Positions 1-9,532 are shown, numbered from the stretch's first letter. The stretch is 64,000 bases of DNA from Elusimicrobiota bacterium (GCA_044221725.1 JBGAON010000004.1:192001-256000), one strand, 5' to 3'. The notes: a model not told the origin generated them from the sequence alone. Numbers and translations: made by a program.

Positions 1-846
1 TCCGCGCATTAGCGGATCAAGTCCAAGTCCCTGGTTCAGGCTTTCTTGAAAAATGTACTCACAATCACTCTGAGGCCATCCGTCGGAATCCAGCGTTGGA
101 CGCGCTCCTCCGTTGTACGGCTCCCATGTGTTTCTCGCACCTTGAATGATATTCGTGAAGGCGGACGTAAGATCTCCGGCCGCGTTAAATCCCACTTGCG
201 CGAACGGATCAATCACTTGTTCCGGAAGCGACGGACTTTGCCAACGAAGAGAGACCGCTCCATAACCGGTTGCCTTTCGATATTCGAGCTTCACTTCGTA
301 ACGGGTGCCGGCTGAGACATTAAAAGGACTTTCATCCATGGTGCCCGTATGGATGGTCCAATTGTCGATAAGCGTGGTCCATGCTCCGCCCATCGGTCGA
401 ATGTAAAGTCGCACGCCGCCCGTGCTCCATACTTTGAAAGTGTAAGATTCAGAAAAGCACGGAATGACCTGTCCTGCCCACCGCACCGAAAAATTGTCCG
501 CTTGAACATCGCGAAATCCGGCTCCAATAGATCCACCCGGTTTTTGGCCCGCGGCCCATTCGAAATCCACGCGCACATCTTTGCGTTGAAACGTGGGATT
601 GCCACTTAAATCGGGCGTTGAAAAGTAATCGCCATTGAGACCCGCATTCGTAAGTCCGCCTCGCACGGTCGTGCTTTGTGTGGGCGCCCCAGCCGCTCCG
701 ACGGTGCCGAGCGTGGGCTCTCCAAGAAACAGAGACCCATCCGGAGGGAGCGAAAAACCGGGATTACAAAGAAGCGCGCAGGCGAGACTGGCGGCGAGGA
801 ATTTCTTCGAAAAGCCATTCTTTCGGGATGAGAAATCTGCCCGCAT
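1..846 (-). CDS. Secreted PA14-domain protein (5' part; runs off the window start; absent from the ORF track)
   Basis: Manual translation from ATG 846 is open to position 1. It has a signal-like N-terminus (KKFLAASLACALLC) followed by the PA14 pattern GLNGDYFSTPDLSG..RKDVRVDFEW..DNFSVRWAGQV..YTFKVWSTGGVRLYI..LIDNW..YEVKLEY..LRWQSP. Confidence 0.85.
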   Translation of the reverse strand, partial: MRADFSSRKNGFSKKFLAASLACALLCNPGFSLPPDGSLFLGEPTLGTVGAAGAPTQSTTVRGGLTNAGLNGDYFSTPDLSGNPTFQRKDVRVDFEWAAGQKPGGSIGAGFRDVQADNFSVRWAGQVIPCFSESYTFKVWSTGGVRLYIRPMGGAWTTLIDNWTIHTGTMDESPFNVSAGTRYEVKLEYRKATGYGAVSLRWQSPSLPEQVIDPFAQVGFNAAGDLTSAFTNIIQGARNTWEPYNGGARPTLDSDGWPQSDCEYIFQESLNQGLGLDPLMRG

Positions 847-997
847 ATCGATCAGTATGAGGACACTTCATGGCACTCGCCAGGCCTTCTCGTCTGTCAG
901 GGGGAAAAATTCGTATCCAATAATCAATGCGAACGAACGAGTGGCAAAAATCTTAGTAGCCTCGGTGCCAGATATTATTTTTCGGAGGGGGGATTTA

Positions 998-1372
998 ATG
1001 AAAATCGCAGCAATTGTTGTTCGGACATTGATGGGTCTCATGTTTTTGTTTGCGTCGATCACATTTCTATTTAAGTTGATCACGCCGCCGCCCATGACCG
1101 GCGCAATGAAGGTGTTTAACGATGGATTGGAGGCGTCTGTCTATATGATGCCGACCGTAAAAGTGATTGAGCTGCTCTGTGGTTTGGCCTTTGTCTCTGG
1201 AAAATTCGTGCGGCTCGCGGTCGCGGTTATTTTCCCCATTATTGTGAATATTTTGGGGGTCCACTTATTCCTCGCGCCGGAGGGACTTCCGGTCGCAATT
1301 CCAATTTTTATCGGGGATTTGTTTTTGGCCTATTGCTACCGCGACTCTTATCGAGCGATGTTTCAACCGTGA
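998..1372 (+). CDS. DoxX-family membrane protein
   Basis: GGAGG RBS before ATG 998; four hydrophobic helices; RTLMGLMFLFAS and VKVIELLCG..PIIVNI..H motifs. Confidence 0.75.
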   Translation: MKIAAIVVRTLMGLMFLFASITFLFKLITPPPMTGAMKVFNDGLEASVYMMPTVKVIELLCGLAFVSGKFVRLAVAVIFPIIVNILGVHLFLAPEGLPVAIPIFIGDLFLAYCYRDSYRAMFQP

Positions 1373-1391
1373 GTATTCGTAGTTCCGAAAG

Positions 1392-3362
1392 TTAAATAAC
1401 GCGGTCGTTGCCGCCGTCGATGGGAATTTGCGCGCCGGTGGTTCGTCGAAATACCGGGCCGAGTAGAGCACTGACGAGCGCAGCCACGTCCTGAGAGGTC
1501 ACTTCCGTACCGAGCACGTTGTTCCGTTTGTACGCATCCACGGTAAGCCCGTAACTTCGCGCACGCGTGTTCAGCACCTCTTTCGTCCAGATTCCGGTGT
1601 CATAGACGGCGTTCGGATGAACCACATTAATGCGAATTCCTTTGCGCCCCAGCTCCAGCGCCGCAACACGGCAGAGTTGTGTGAGTCCAGCCTTGGCGAC
1701 CGAATACGCAGAGGCTCCCGGGCCGGGTGCAGCGACATTTTTTGACCCGATCACCACCGCGGCCGGTTCGATTCCATGCTCGAGGTAAGGAAGCGCGTAG
1801 CGAAGAAGCGTTTGATGGCTTGTGAGGTTTACATCCAAACTTTTTTTCCACAGCGCAGCGTCGAGATCAGCAACGTTGCGACTGGGCGGAAATTGTCCTG
1901 CGTTGCTCACGATAAAGTCGAGGCCGCCAAATTGTTTCACAGTGGCTTCGACAGCGGCCTTGATCGCCGATTCATCCGTAACGTCGCACCGTAAGCCCAG
2001 CACGCCGGCGTCTTGGAACACGTCGGAAATATTTTTGTGAATATCAAGCGCGGCCACAACAGCGCCCCCATGCCGCAAGGTTTCAACGCACGCTTTGCCA
2101 ATGCCGCTCGCGGCGCCGGTAACGAGCGCAATTTTCCCTTGAAACGCGGGGGCGGTTTTCTGCGTTTTGAGCTTCGCTTGCTCAAGCTCCCAATATTCAA
2201 TATCGAAAAGATCCTTTTCGTTTAATGGTTTCCAGCCGCCCAGGGCTTCCGCTTGCAGCACCGCTTTCATGGTGTGCCGCGCAATATCGAAAACAATTCG
2301 TGTGTCATTAAGTGATCGGCCAAAATAAACCGCACCGCGTTTTTTCCAAACGGCCCAGCGCGGTGCCGGGTCGAGTGGCACCATGCCGCGACGTTTGTGT
2401 TTGGCGAAATAGGACCGATAGTCGGCCACGTAGTTTGAAACCTCGCGGTCCGTGTGTTCGCCGAGAACAAGCGCTGCGCGCCTTGTGCGAATCACATGAT
2501 CGGGTGTGATGGTGCCACGCGTTGCGAGCCGGTCAATATGGGGGTGGTTGCTAAACCCGACCGCTTCGTTGCGTTCGTCCAATTTTGCCAGGACGGGTTG
2601 ACCCCACGCTTTCGAAACGGCACGGCGAATTTTTGCGAGATCGATTAAATCCACGTTTTGTTTTGTGACAGGAAGTTTGCGAATACGCGCTTGCCGGTTG
2701 ATTGCGCGTTCCGCCATTGTGACGAGTCGAATCATTTTTTCGTAGCTGCGTTGTGCGCTGCGATCAAAGGTGAACACGCCGTGGTTCATGAGAACGATAC
2801 CTTGCAATTTGTGCCACTCAATGTTCCGCGTTTGTTCAAAAACGTTCTTGGCTAAGATAAAACCGGGTTTTACGTAGGGAATGACGAGTACGCTGTCACC
2901 ATAGAGACGGTGGATGTGCGCGTGACCTTGCGGTGTGTCTGTGAGCGTCACAACAGCATCGGCATGCGTGTGATCAACAAACGTGAACGGAATGAGCGCG
3001 TGCAGCAAAACCTCGATTGACGGATTGGGCGCGGATGGCGACGTGAGATTAAGCCTCAAATTTTTCACCATATCGCTGTCGGTGAGCGCGGGAAGCGTCA
3101 GCATTTTCATGAGGGGCTCCATCTTTAGCGCAGCGAAGCCGCCCGGTCCGATGGAGGCCAAATCACCGCCGCTTCCTTTAACATAGATCAGGTGTTCGTT
3201 CTCGCCGAACACGTTTCGCTCTTGCAATTTCACCGATGTGTTTCCGCCGCCATGCAAAACGAGGTCCTCTTCCTGTCCCAGTAGACGGGACGTGTAGATC
3301 CGCATCTCGAGCGAGTCGTTCTTTATTTTTTTGGCGGTCGCGGCGCTCCAGCGGTTTTTCAT
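1392..3362 (-). CDS. Bifunctional class II aldolase / short-chain dehydrogenase (rhamnulose-1-P aldolase/ADH-like fusion)
   Basis: Aldolase part: LVLHGGGNTSVK, PSIEVLLH, HTHADA, MNHG. SDR part: TGAASGIG, NAG, YSVAK. Confidence 0.9.
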   Translation of the reverse strand: MKNRWSAATAKKIKNDSLEMRIYTSRLLGQEEDLVLHGGGNTSVKLQERNVFGENEHLIYVKGSGGDLASIGPGGFAALKMEPLMKMLTLPALTDSDMVKNLRLNLTSPSAPNPSIEVLLHALIPFTFVDHTHADAVVTLTDTPQGHAHIHRLYGDSVLVIPYVKPGFILAKNVFEQTRNIEWHKLQGIVLMNHGVFTFDRSAQRSYEKMIRLVTMAERAINRQARIRKLPVTKQNVDLIDLAKIRRAVSKAWGQPVLAKLDERNEAVGFSNHPHIDRLATRGTITPDHVIRTRRAALVLGEHTDREVSNYVADYRSYFAKHKRRGMVPLDPAPRWAVWKKRGAVYFGRSLNDTRIVFDIARHTMKAVLQAEALGGWKPLNEKDLFDIEYWELEQAKLKTQKTAPAFQGKIALVTGAASGIGKACVETLRHGGAVVAALDIHKNISDVFQDAGVLGLRCDVTDESAIKAAVEATVKQFGGLDFIVSNAGQFPPSRNVADLDAALWKKSLDVNLTSHQTLLRYALPYLEHGIEPAAVVIGSKNVAAPGPGASAYSVAKAGLTQLCRVAALELGRKGIRINVVHPNAVYDTGIWTKEVLNTRARSYGLTVDAYKRNNVLGTEVTSQDVAALVSALLGPVFRRTTGAQIPIDGGNDRVI

Positions 3363-4480
3363 CGTTTTGTTTTTTCTCCTCGTTCCGGATAAAGACGCAA
3401 GATGCTTTTTCTGTTGGCCGCGCAGACGCCTCTCTCCGTGATAAGACCGGTCACGAGCCGTGACGGCGTGGTGTCAAATCCATAGTTGGCGGCTGGACTT
3501 TCGTCCGGCGTGAGCGCTACTTCCACTACTTTATTTTTGTGACGACCTTCAATGAACCGGACCTCGCGCGGATTTCGTTCCTCAATCGGAATGTCGCTGA
3601 TGGTCCGGGTGGTCCAGTCGAACGTGGACGATGGGAAAGCGGCATAAAAGGGAATGTTGTTGTCGTGCGCGGCCACTGCTTTCAAGTATGTTCCTATTTT
3701 GTTGGTGACGTGCCCGTCCGCCGTCACGCGGTCACTGCCCACGATGACCACATCCACCATTCCGTGTTGCATCAGGTGTCCACCGGTGTTGTCAGCAATC
3801 ACTGTGTGCGGAACGCGTTCCTGGCTCAACTCCCAGGCGGTAAGTTTGCTGCCTTGGTTCCGCGGGCGTGTTTCATCCACCCATACATGAATATTCAATC
3901 CTTTCTTGTGTGCACGATAGATCGGCGACGTGGCCGTGCCATGGTCCACGAACGCAAGCCACCCCGCGTTGCAATGCGTCAGTATATTGAGCGGCTCGTT
4001 TTTCTTTTTTCGAGCGGCGAGACGTTCGAAAATCCGCAGGCCGTGACGACCAATCGCGTCGCACATCGCCATGTCTTCGTTGGCGATCCGCTCCGCTGTC
4101 GCCAGCGCCGCGCCCAGTTTCGCGTTGATCCCAATCGCCTCGCGAATGGCGGTCATTTGTTCGCCGATGGCCCATGCAAGATTGATGGCGGTGGGCCGGG
4201 TGCTCAAAAGCCGCCTTGCGCGTTTTTCGAGTTGCGTGTTGAAGCTACGAGTCTTCGCGGCTTCGCGCACAGCGAGAACCATTCCGTACGCGCCGGCCAC
4301 GCCGATGAGGCCGGCGCCTCGCACATGCATCTCCGCTATTGCGGTCGCCATTTGTTCGACGGTGCGGATATTTTCGATGACAAATTTAAACGGGAGGCTG
4401 CGTTGGTCGATTATGCGAACGACCGAAGGTGTTGTGCGTTCGGTCCAGATCGTGCGATAGTGTTTGTTTTTAACCTTCAC
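3359..4480 (-). CDS. mtnA: S-methyl-5-thioribose-1-phosphate isomerase
   Basis: IDQRSLP, MHVRGAGLIG, STRPTAINL, ILTHCNAGWLA, DETRPRNQG, NKIGTY. Probable GTG start at 4480; ATGA overlap with the downstream gene. Confidence 0.93.
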   Translation of the reverse strand: MKVKNKHYRTIWTERTTPSVVRIIDQRSLPFKFVIENIRTVEQMATAIAEMHVRGAGLIGVAGAYGMVLAVREAAKTRSFNTQLEKRARRLLSTRPTAINLAWAIGEQMTAIREAIGINAKLGAALATAERIANEDMAMCDAIGRHGLRIFERLAARKKKNEPLNILTHCNAGWLAFVDHGTATSPIYRAHKKGLNIHVWVDETRPRNQGSKLTAWELSQERVPHTVIADNTGGHLMQHGMVDVVIVGSDRVTADGHVTNKIGTYLKAVAAHDNNIPFYAAFPSSTFDWTTRTISDIPIEERNPREVRFIEGRHKNKVVEVALTPDESPAANYGFDTTPSRLVTGLITERGVCAANRKSILRLYPERGEKTKR

Positions 4481-4655
4481 AAGCGGAACGTATTCTATCT
4501 GTGAAGATTCGAATCGGCGAGAGAAGATTAATCGGGAATTTGGGGTTCCATGCGTTGCGTCATACGCGATGAAGTCTTGCTGTCCCCGGCATGGCCCCAT
4601 CTCCTTAATTTTTGAAAACGCGATATCAAACGAGGAGATGGGGTCAAGGTGCGCC

Positions 4656-4832
4656 TCAATGCGTCAATCGTTTCCCAACGGCAATGCCAGCAATCAACGC
4701 AATAAGGAACAGTGAGATAAAGATGAAGAACAGAACCTTCGCAATGCCCGCCGCCGCTACCGAAACGCCAGTGAATCCAAATCCGGCAGCGATTAGCGAA
4801 ATTACGAGGAATATCAATGCCCAGCGTAACAT
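4656..4832 (-). CDS. DUF1328 (YtjA-like) small membrane protein, 58 aa (below the ORF-track cut-off)
   Basis: Manual translation MLRWALIFLVISLIAAGFGFTGVSVAAAGIAKVLFFIF...; AAGGAGGT RBS upstream. Confidence 0.88.
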   Translation of the reverse strand: MLRWALIFLVISLIAAGFGFTGVSVAAAGIAKVLFFIFISLFLIALIAGIAVGKRLTH

Positions 4833-4921
4833 AGGTCAACCTCCTTATTATTGCTTGCCTATTTTTACGTTGAGCGAGGTTGAAAGTTGGCCAGAAAAAC
4901 TGACCGAACGCTGTTGATGGA

Positions 4922-5419
4922 TTATTTCGCGTGCGGCCGAATTTTCGGCGCTTCGGACCGATGTTTTTCCATTTCGTCGGAAAGATCGTTCAAGCGTGCC
5001 TCGCCCAACACACGCTCGGATTCGGGGAAAAGAATCTGTTCTTCGGACTTCATGTGCGCTTCGAGTCCCAATCGAAACAACGCAAACGTTTGCGGCCATG
5101 TGGGATCGGACTGCTTCACTTGTTGTTCAAGTTGCTCCATGTAGCCATCGATTGTTTTGTGCTCGTGCTCGAGATGTTTCACGTAGGCGAATGTCACTCC
5201 GCTGTTTTCGAAACGGGAAAGCTCTTTCGCGATGACGGGGTAGTAAAAATAATCCTCGAACCACGCGTGCAAAAGAAGGTGGTCCTTGAACAACTCAGCG
5301 ATCCGAATCAATTTGTTTTTGTCACGTGCGCCCGGTGCCGATTTGTAAATGGCATCGATGTCGCCGAGCATCTTGCGGAAAGTTTTGTGATCGCCGAGAA
5401 GACGATCGGTAATTCTCAT
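4922..5419 (-). CDS. Hemerythrin/HHE cation-binding domain protein
   Basis: LLGDH, HAWFEDYFYYP, EHEH, HMKSEEQILFP; GGAGG RBS before ATG 5419. Confidence 0.85.
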   Translation of the reverse strand: MRITDRLLGDHKTFRKMLGDIDAIYKSAPGARDKNKLIRIAELFKDHLLLHAWFEDYFYYPVIAKELSRFENSGVTFAYVKHLEHEHKTIDGYMEQLEQQVKQSDPTWPQTFALFRLGLEAHMKSEEQILFPESERVLGEARLNDLSDEMEKHRSEAPKIRPHAK

Positions 5420-5526
5420 AGCGCCTCCAACCCGTTTGGTATTTCTACGTCGAGCATCATACAAGGTTCCGAAAAACAAAAGAGCCAAGCCGCGCCCGCG
5501 CCTTGGCCCTCATTTAAACTCCGCGT

Positions 5527-5991
5527 TTAGCGTTTGTTATTGATAAGTTTATTAAGAGCGTGCAGGAACGGATAAAGGCGTTTGGACAAAGGCATTTCGG
5601 AGAACGACTTTTTTGCAAGCAAACTAAATTTTTTGGGATTGGATGCGTCACGGCTGCGCTGGATGTAAATCAGCGGAATATTGCGCAAATTTTCATCGGC
5701 GTTTACAATGGCCACGAGCTGCGTACTATCGATCGCTGGAACGTCCTCGGCGAGCAGGATCAAATCCGGTTTTTGGCGTGGCTGCTCGATGTTCTTGTTA
5801 CGCAGATAATCAAGGGCATCAACACCGTCGCGTACGCTAATAACGCGATATTGGTTCCGTTCCTCGCCCAGTTCCTTGCGAACCATCACCGCGTCCATTG
5901 GGTCTTTTTCCACGTACAACACACAGATGGCGGGCGTCTCCGAGAGAGTCGGAGTTTTTTCTACCGGGCGTTGTTCTTCTTCAATGAACAT
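5527..5991 (-). CDS. Atypical single-domain response regulator (receiver-like)
   Basis: VLYVEKD..DGVDALDYL..PDLILLA..LRNIPLIYI receiver pattern; the phospho-acceptor Asp is replaced by Ala. Confidence 0.65.
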   Translation of the reverse strand: MFIEEEQRPVEKTPTLSETPAICVLYVEKDPMDAVMVRKELGEERNQYRVISVRDGVDALDYLRNKNIEQPRQKPDLILLAEDVPAIDSTQLVAIVNADENLRNIPLIYIQRSRDASNPKKFSLLAKKSFSEMPLSKRLYPFLHALNKLINNKR

Positions 5992-6139
5992 GTTCCAGCG
6001 TTGAAGAAATCACCGCGAATTTACAGTGCATTGACGCGTGATTTTGGTCACGTGAGCCGGCCCGTGCCGAACACTCCACATAACGGATTTGCCGCGACAG
6101 TGCCATCAATTTGTCACGGCCTAACGCTACGATTTGGGC

Positions 6140-6733
6140 ATGAGTGAACCGTTGCCCGAAGAGCGCCGAAAGTACCCACGATTTTCCGACCGCATTCTGG
6201 CTGGCGCCAAAGTCGACATGAAGCCTTGTCCGCCCCTCTTTGGCGAGCCCGTCAGCGGTTATCTTATTGACCTTTCGGCCGGTGGAATGGCGATACTGAT
6301 TCCAGATCTAATCCCGAAGAATGTTTTCTTAAAAATGACGATGATCTTACCGGACGACTTTAAGTTGGAATCAGTGGTCACCGTTCGGCGGATTATCAAG
6401 CAGGGACGTGAGAACGATTATTTGCATGGAATTGAGTTTCTGAACCCAAGCCCGGAGATGATTGAGCACATCGAAAAAGTGTCAGCGGATATTCTCTCTT
6501 GCAACGAGCGCACAAAAAAAGACGGCAAAGAAATTTGTGTCGATGCGTGCGGATTGCGTTCCGTTTGCAAACGCCCGCAATGCGCGGTGAAAAACATCCA
6601 GTCGGCGCTTATTAAGTTCACGCAGGAGCTCAAGGAACCGCCGACGAAACCGCCGGAGCCTGTTCCCGCCATCGACCATAGCGATTGGCTTAAAGTCAGG
6701 GATCAGTTCAAAAAATTCTTCGAAGCCGCGTAG
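6140..6733 (+). CDS. PilZ-domain protein with Cys-rich C-terminal extension
   Basis: ERRKYPR (RxxxR) and DLSAGG (DxSxxG) c-di-GMP motifs; GIEF strand. Confidence 0.8.
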   Translation: MSEPLPEERRKYPRFSDRILAGAKVDMKPCPPLFGEPVSGYLIDLSAGGMAILIPDLIPKNVFLKMTMILPDDFKLESVVTVRRIIKQGRENDYLHGIEFLNPSPEMIEHIEKVSADILSCNERTKKDGKEICVDACGLRSVCKRPQCAVKNIQSALIKFTQELKEPPTKPPEPVPAIDHSDWLKVRDQFKKFFEAA

Positions 6734-6755
6734 TTGCCGGCGCCTCCGTGTTTGT

Positions 6756-7328
6756 TTATAGCTTCCACTTGGGTCGAACGTAGTGGCACGTGTAACCCCC
6801 CGGATGTTTCTGGAGATAATCCTGGTGGTATTCTTCGGCACTCCAAAAATCCGACGCCGGAACAACTTGGGTGACGACCGGTCCTGGCCATTTTTTCGAT
6901 GCATCGATTTCTTTGATCAGGTTTTCAGCCGTCTTTTTCTGCTCGTCGTTTAAATAGAAGATGGCCGAGCGATAGGACGTCCCGATATCGTTCCCTTGGC
7001 GATTCCTTGTGGTGGGATCATGAACCTGAAAAAAATATTCGAGTAGCGCCTGGTACGACGTGTTCTTCGGATCAAACGTAATCTTAATCGCTTCGGCGTG
7101 TGAGCCGTGGTTTTCATAAGTGGCATTTTTAACATCGCCCCCCGTGTACCCGACTTCGGTGTGCGTCACGCCCGGTTGCTGGCGGAACAACTCTTCGAGC
7201 CCCCAAAAACATCCACCCGCTAAAATTGCTGTTTCGGTCATCTTTTTCTCCTTGGTCTGTGCAAACGCGGTTAGCGGAAGCAACAGCGCCACAATGGCGG
7301 TAACAATAAGTGACGTTGTTTTTTTCAT
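6756..7328 (-). CDS. msrA: Peptide-methionine (S)-S-oxide reductase with signal peptide
   Basis: [32 protein letters not shown]-terminal signal ending AFA. Confidence 0.95.
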   Translation of the reverse strand: MKKTTSLIVTAIVALLLPLTAFAQTKEKKMTETAILAGGCFWGLEELFRQQPGVTHTEVGYTGGDVKNATYENHGSHAEAIKITFDPKNTSYQALLEYFFQVHDPTTRNRQGNDIGTSYRSAIFYLNDEQKKTAENLIKEIDASKKWPGPVVTQVVPASDFWSAEEYHQDYLQKHPGGYTCHYVRPKWKL

Positions 7329-7355
7329 ATTGGAATTTCTCTACGTTGAACGAAC

Positions 7356-7775
7356 CTATTTTCGTGCCACGAAAAAAGCTCCGGTGAGCATCATCGCGAC
7401 ACCGAGCCATTGCATGGCGTTCAATCGTTCCCCAAGAAATGTGATTGATAGTCCGATCGCAACGATCATGCTCAACTTATCGATCGGACTGATGAGCGAG
7501 GCCGGGCCCAGCTGCAGCGCGCGGTAATAACACATCCACGACAACCCGGTGGCGATTCCGGACAGTGTAAGAAATGTCACCGTATGAAGCGTAAGCGATC
7601 GCACGCTCGACCATTCGCCGCGGGCGATCACGATCGCGACGAGAAACGGAAAAATGGCGGTGGTTCGAATCAATGTGGCCAAATTCGATGGGATGCCTTG
7701 TACGCCGATTTTTCCGAGAAGCGCGGTTGTTCCCGCGAAAAACGCGGAGCCAAGCGCGAGCATTCGCCAATCCAT
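7356..7775 (-). CDS. EamA-family (single-domain DMT) transporter
   Basis: ALGSAFFAG..K.G..SNLATLIRT, SW.CYYRALQLGPAS..PIDKLS, FLGE. Confidence 0.88.
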   Translation of the reverse strand: MDWRMLALGSAFFAGTTALLGKIGVQGIPSNLATLIRTTAIFPFLVAIVIARGEWSSVRSLTLHTVTFLTLSGIATGLSWMCYYRALQLGPASLISPIDKLSMIVAIGLSITFLGERLNAMQWLGVAMMLTGAFFVARK

Positions 7776-7884
7776 TATTCGCAACCCAAAATGCCGAACA
7801 AAACTAAAATCATTTCCGCATTTTTGAAAATTAAAAAGCGGAGAAGTTGAAAATTCGTCTGCCGGAAGAAGGCTTGAGGGCGCA

Positions 7885-8955
7885 TCAATATTTTTCGATG
7901 TCTCCGGCCGAGGGCAGAATGTCTTTAAACGTTGTGCCATAGATTTCCCAGATTGTGAGAAAGAGCACCGCGAGCAGGGGGCCGAGAATAAAACCGGAGA
8001 GGCCCATCATCGCCAAACCACCGACGGTGCTGATGAAGACCATGAGTTCTGGCATTTCGGTTTCTTTGCCCACGAGGATAGGGCGCAAAACATTGTCCGC
8101 GCTCCCAACGACGAGCGCGCACCACAGAAACACCAGCACGGCGGCCACCGTTTGGCCTTTCACATAGAGATAAACGCATGCCGGCAGCCAAACGAGAGCG
8201 GACCCGATGTTCGGTACCATCGACAGTACGGCCATCACGGTGCCCCAGAAAAGTGCGCTCGGCACACCGGCGACCCACAATGCGAGGCCCGCCAGCGCGC
8301 CTTGAACCACACCGATTACAAAAAGTCCTTTGATGGTCGCGCGCGCCATGGAGCGAAATCCGTTCACCAATTTTTTCTCGTCTCGGTTTTCGAGCGGCAG
8401 GTAGTAAAGAATTTTGTTGAGAATAGAGGGTCCGCTGATAAAAAAGAAAAACATCGCGTACAGCATAATCGCAAAATTCAGAAAAAATACGAGCGTGCCG
8501 GCCGTAAAAGCGGATGCGCGCCGGAAGATAAAATTTCCGAGTCCGCCCACGACCCCTGAGACCTTGGTCAAAATCGCGTCGCGGTACGGTTTGACGTATT
8601 GGTAACCAGGCAATTGAACAATGTGTTCGTTCAGCTCGTCCCTCGTTAAGTTTTCTTGAGCCCACGGCACGACGTCTTGCGTCACCTTTACCGCTTGGTT
8701 GGCCACAATCCCAACGAATCCAAAGAGCGGCAGAATGACCAGCAAAACAAAAGCCAGCAACGTCAATCCGGAAGCAATGCCGGCGCGTTTGCGCACCACT
8801 CCCAGGATTCGCAGGTAAAGAGGCCGCATCAAGCTCGAGAAAATCGCCGCAAACAAGAGCGTGATTAGGAAATCGCTGATCATCCAAACAAACGCACTGC
8901 TGATCACGAGCACAAGCAGCAACAACGCTGAACGCTGGAATTTTTCCGATGTCAT
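7885..8955 (-). CDS. AI-2E (UPF0118) family transporter
   Basis: Multi-TM protein; QGALAG, P.IGSALVW.P, DNVLRP.LVG, GFILGP motifs. Confidence 0.9.
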   Translation of the reverse strand: MTSEKFQRSALLLLVLVISSAFVWMISDFLITLLFAAIFSSLMRPLYLRILGVVRKRAGIASGLTLLAFVLLVILPLFGFVGIVANQAVKVTQDVVPWAQENLTRDELNEHIVQLPGYQYVKPYRDAILTKVSGVVGGLGNFIFRRASAFTAGTLVFFLNFAIMLYAMFFFFISGPSILNKILYYLPLENRDEKKLVNGFRSMARATIKGLFVIGVVQGALAGLALWVAGVPSALFWGTVMAVLSMVPNIGSALVWLPACVYLYVKGQTVAAVLVFLWCALVVGSADNVLRPILVGKETEMPELMVFISTVGGLAMMGLSGFILGPLLAVLFLTIWEIYGTTFKDILPSAGDIEKY

Positions 8956-9005
8956 TTACGCAGCCTCCTGTTCTATGCCGCCTTACGGGCGAAAGATGGG
9001 TTGGT

Positions 9006-9425
9006 TCATGGTTTTGGCGGGCGCTGATCGAACTTCGGAAGTGCTTCGGGATCCACGTACCATTCTCCATGCAGCGGCCAAAAAATATTTGCTTGAGGGC
9101 GGATTGGGGGAGTGGATTCGAGAAGTCCGGCTTGCACCATCCAGCGCACCCCGTCGCGCGCGAAGCGCGGCACCGGAGACCCGCAGGTTTTGCAAAACGC
9201 GCGCGGATAATTTTCGGCCTGCTTGTGGATGAACAGCGTTATGTTGTCTTCGCCGGCGATCCACCGAAAACGGTCTCGCTGCATAAAAATGTTGGCCGAA
9301 TGCGCGGAGCCCGTCGAGCGTTGGCATCGCTCGCAGTGGCAGTACCAAAATCCCAAAAATGGCGGTGTGATTTCGAATTGCACGGTGCCGCACAAACAGC
9401 TGCCAAGAGTTGATTTGTCGCTCAT
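9006..9425 (-). CDS. GFA (glutathione-dependent formaldehyde-activating/CENP-V) family protein
   Basis: GSCLCG, CHCERCQR, FCKTCGSP Zn motifs. Confidence 0.9.
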   Translation of the reverse strand: MSDKSTLGSCLCGTVQFEITPPFLGFWYCHCERCQRSTGSAHSANIFMQRDRFRWIAGEDNITLFIHKQAENYPRAFCKTCGSPVPRFARDGVRWMVQAGLLESTPPIRPQANIFWPLHGEWYVDPEALPKFDQRPPKP

Positions 9426-9532
9426 AGAAAACGAATTGTAGCACGTCCTCCGCCAAGAAGATGGCGAAGTGAACGCGCTCGGGAAACGCTGCGTAGGTTT
9501 AGGAGAGAATGTAATGAGAAAGGAACATCAAC

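Noticed and set aside
635..997. N-terminal extension of the 245-aa ORF 635..1372
   Set aside because: It is antisense to the PA14 gene; the RBS and family pattern support a start at 998.
3539..4504. Long antisense or alternate-frame ORFs (also 7925..9070, 31164..32114, 40012..40983, 51094..52035, 59152..60012)
   Set aside because: They are shadows of well-supported genes in GC-rich sequence and carry no recognisable motifs.
4481..4655. SAM riboswitch in the mtnA leader
   Set aside because: I could not find the SAM-I or SAM-II consensus elements; only a generic hairpin is visible.
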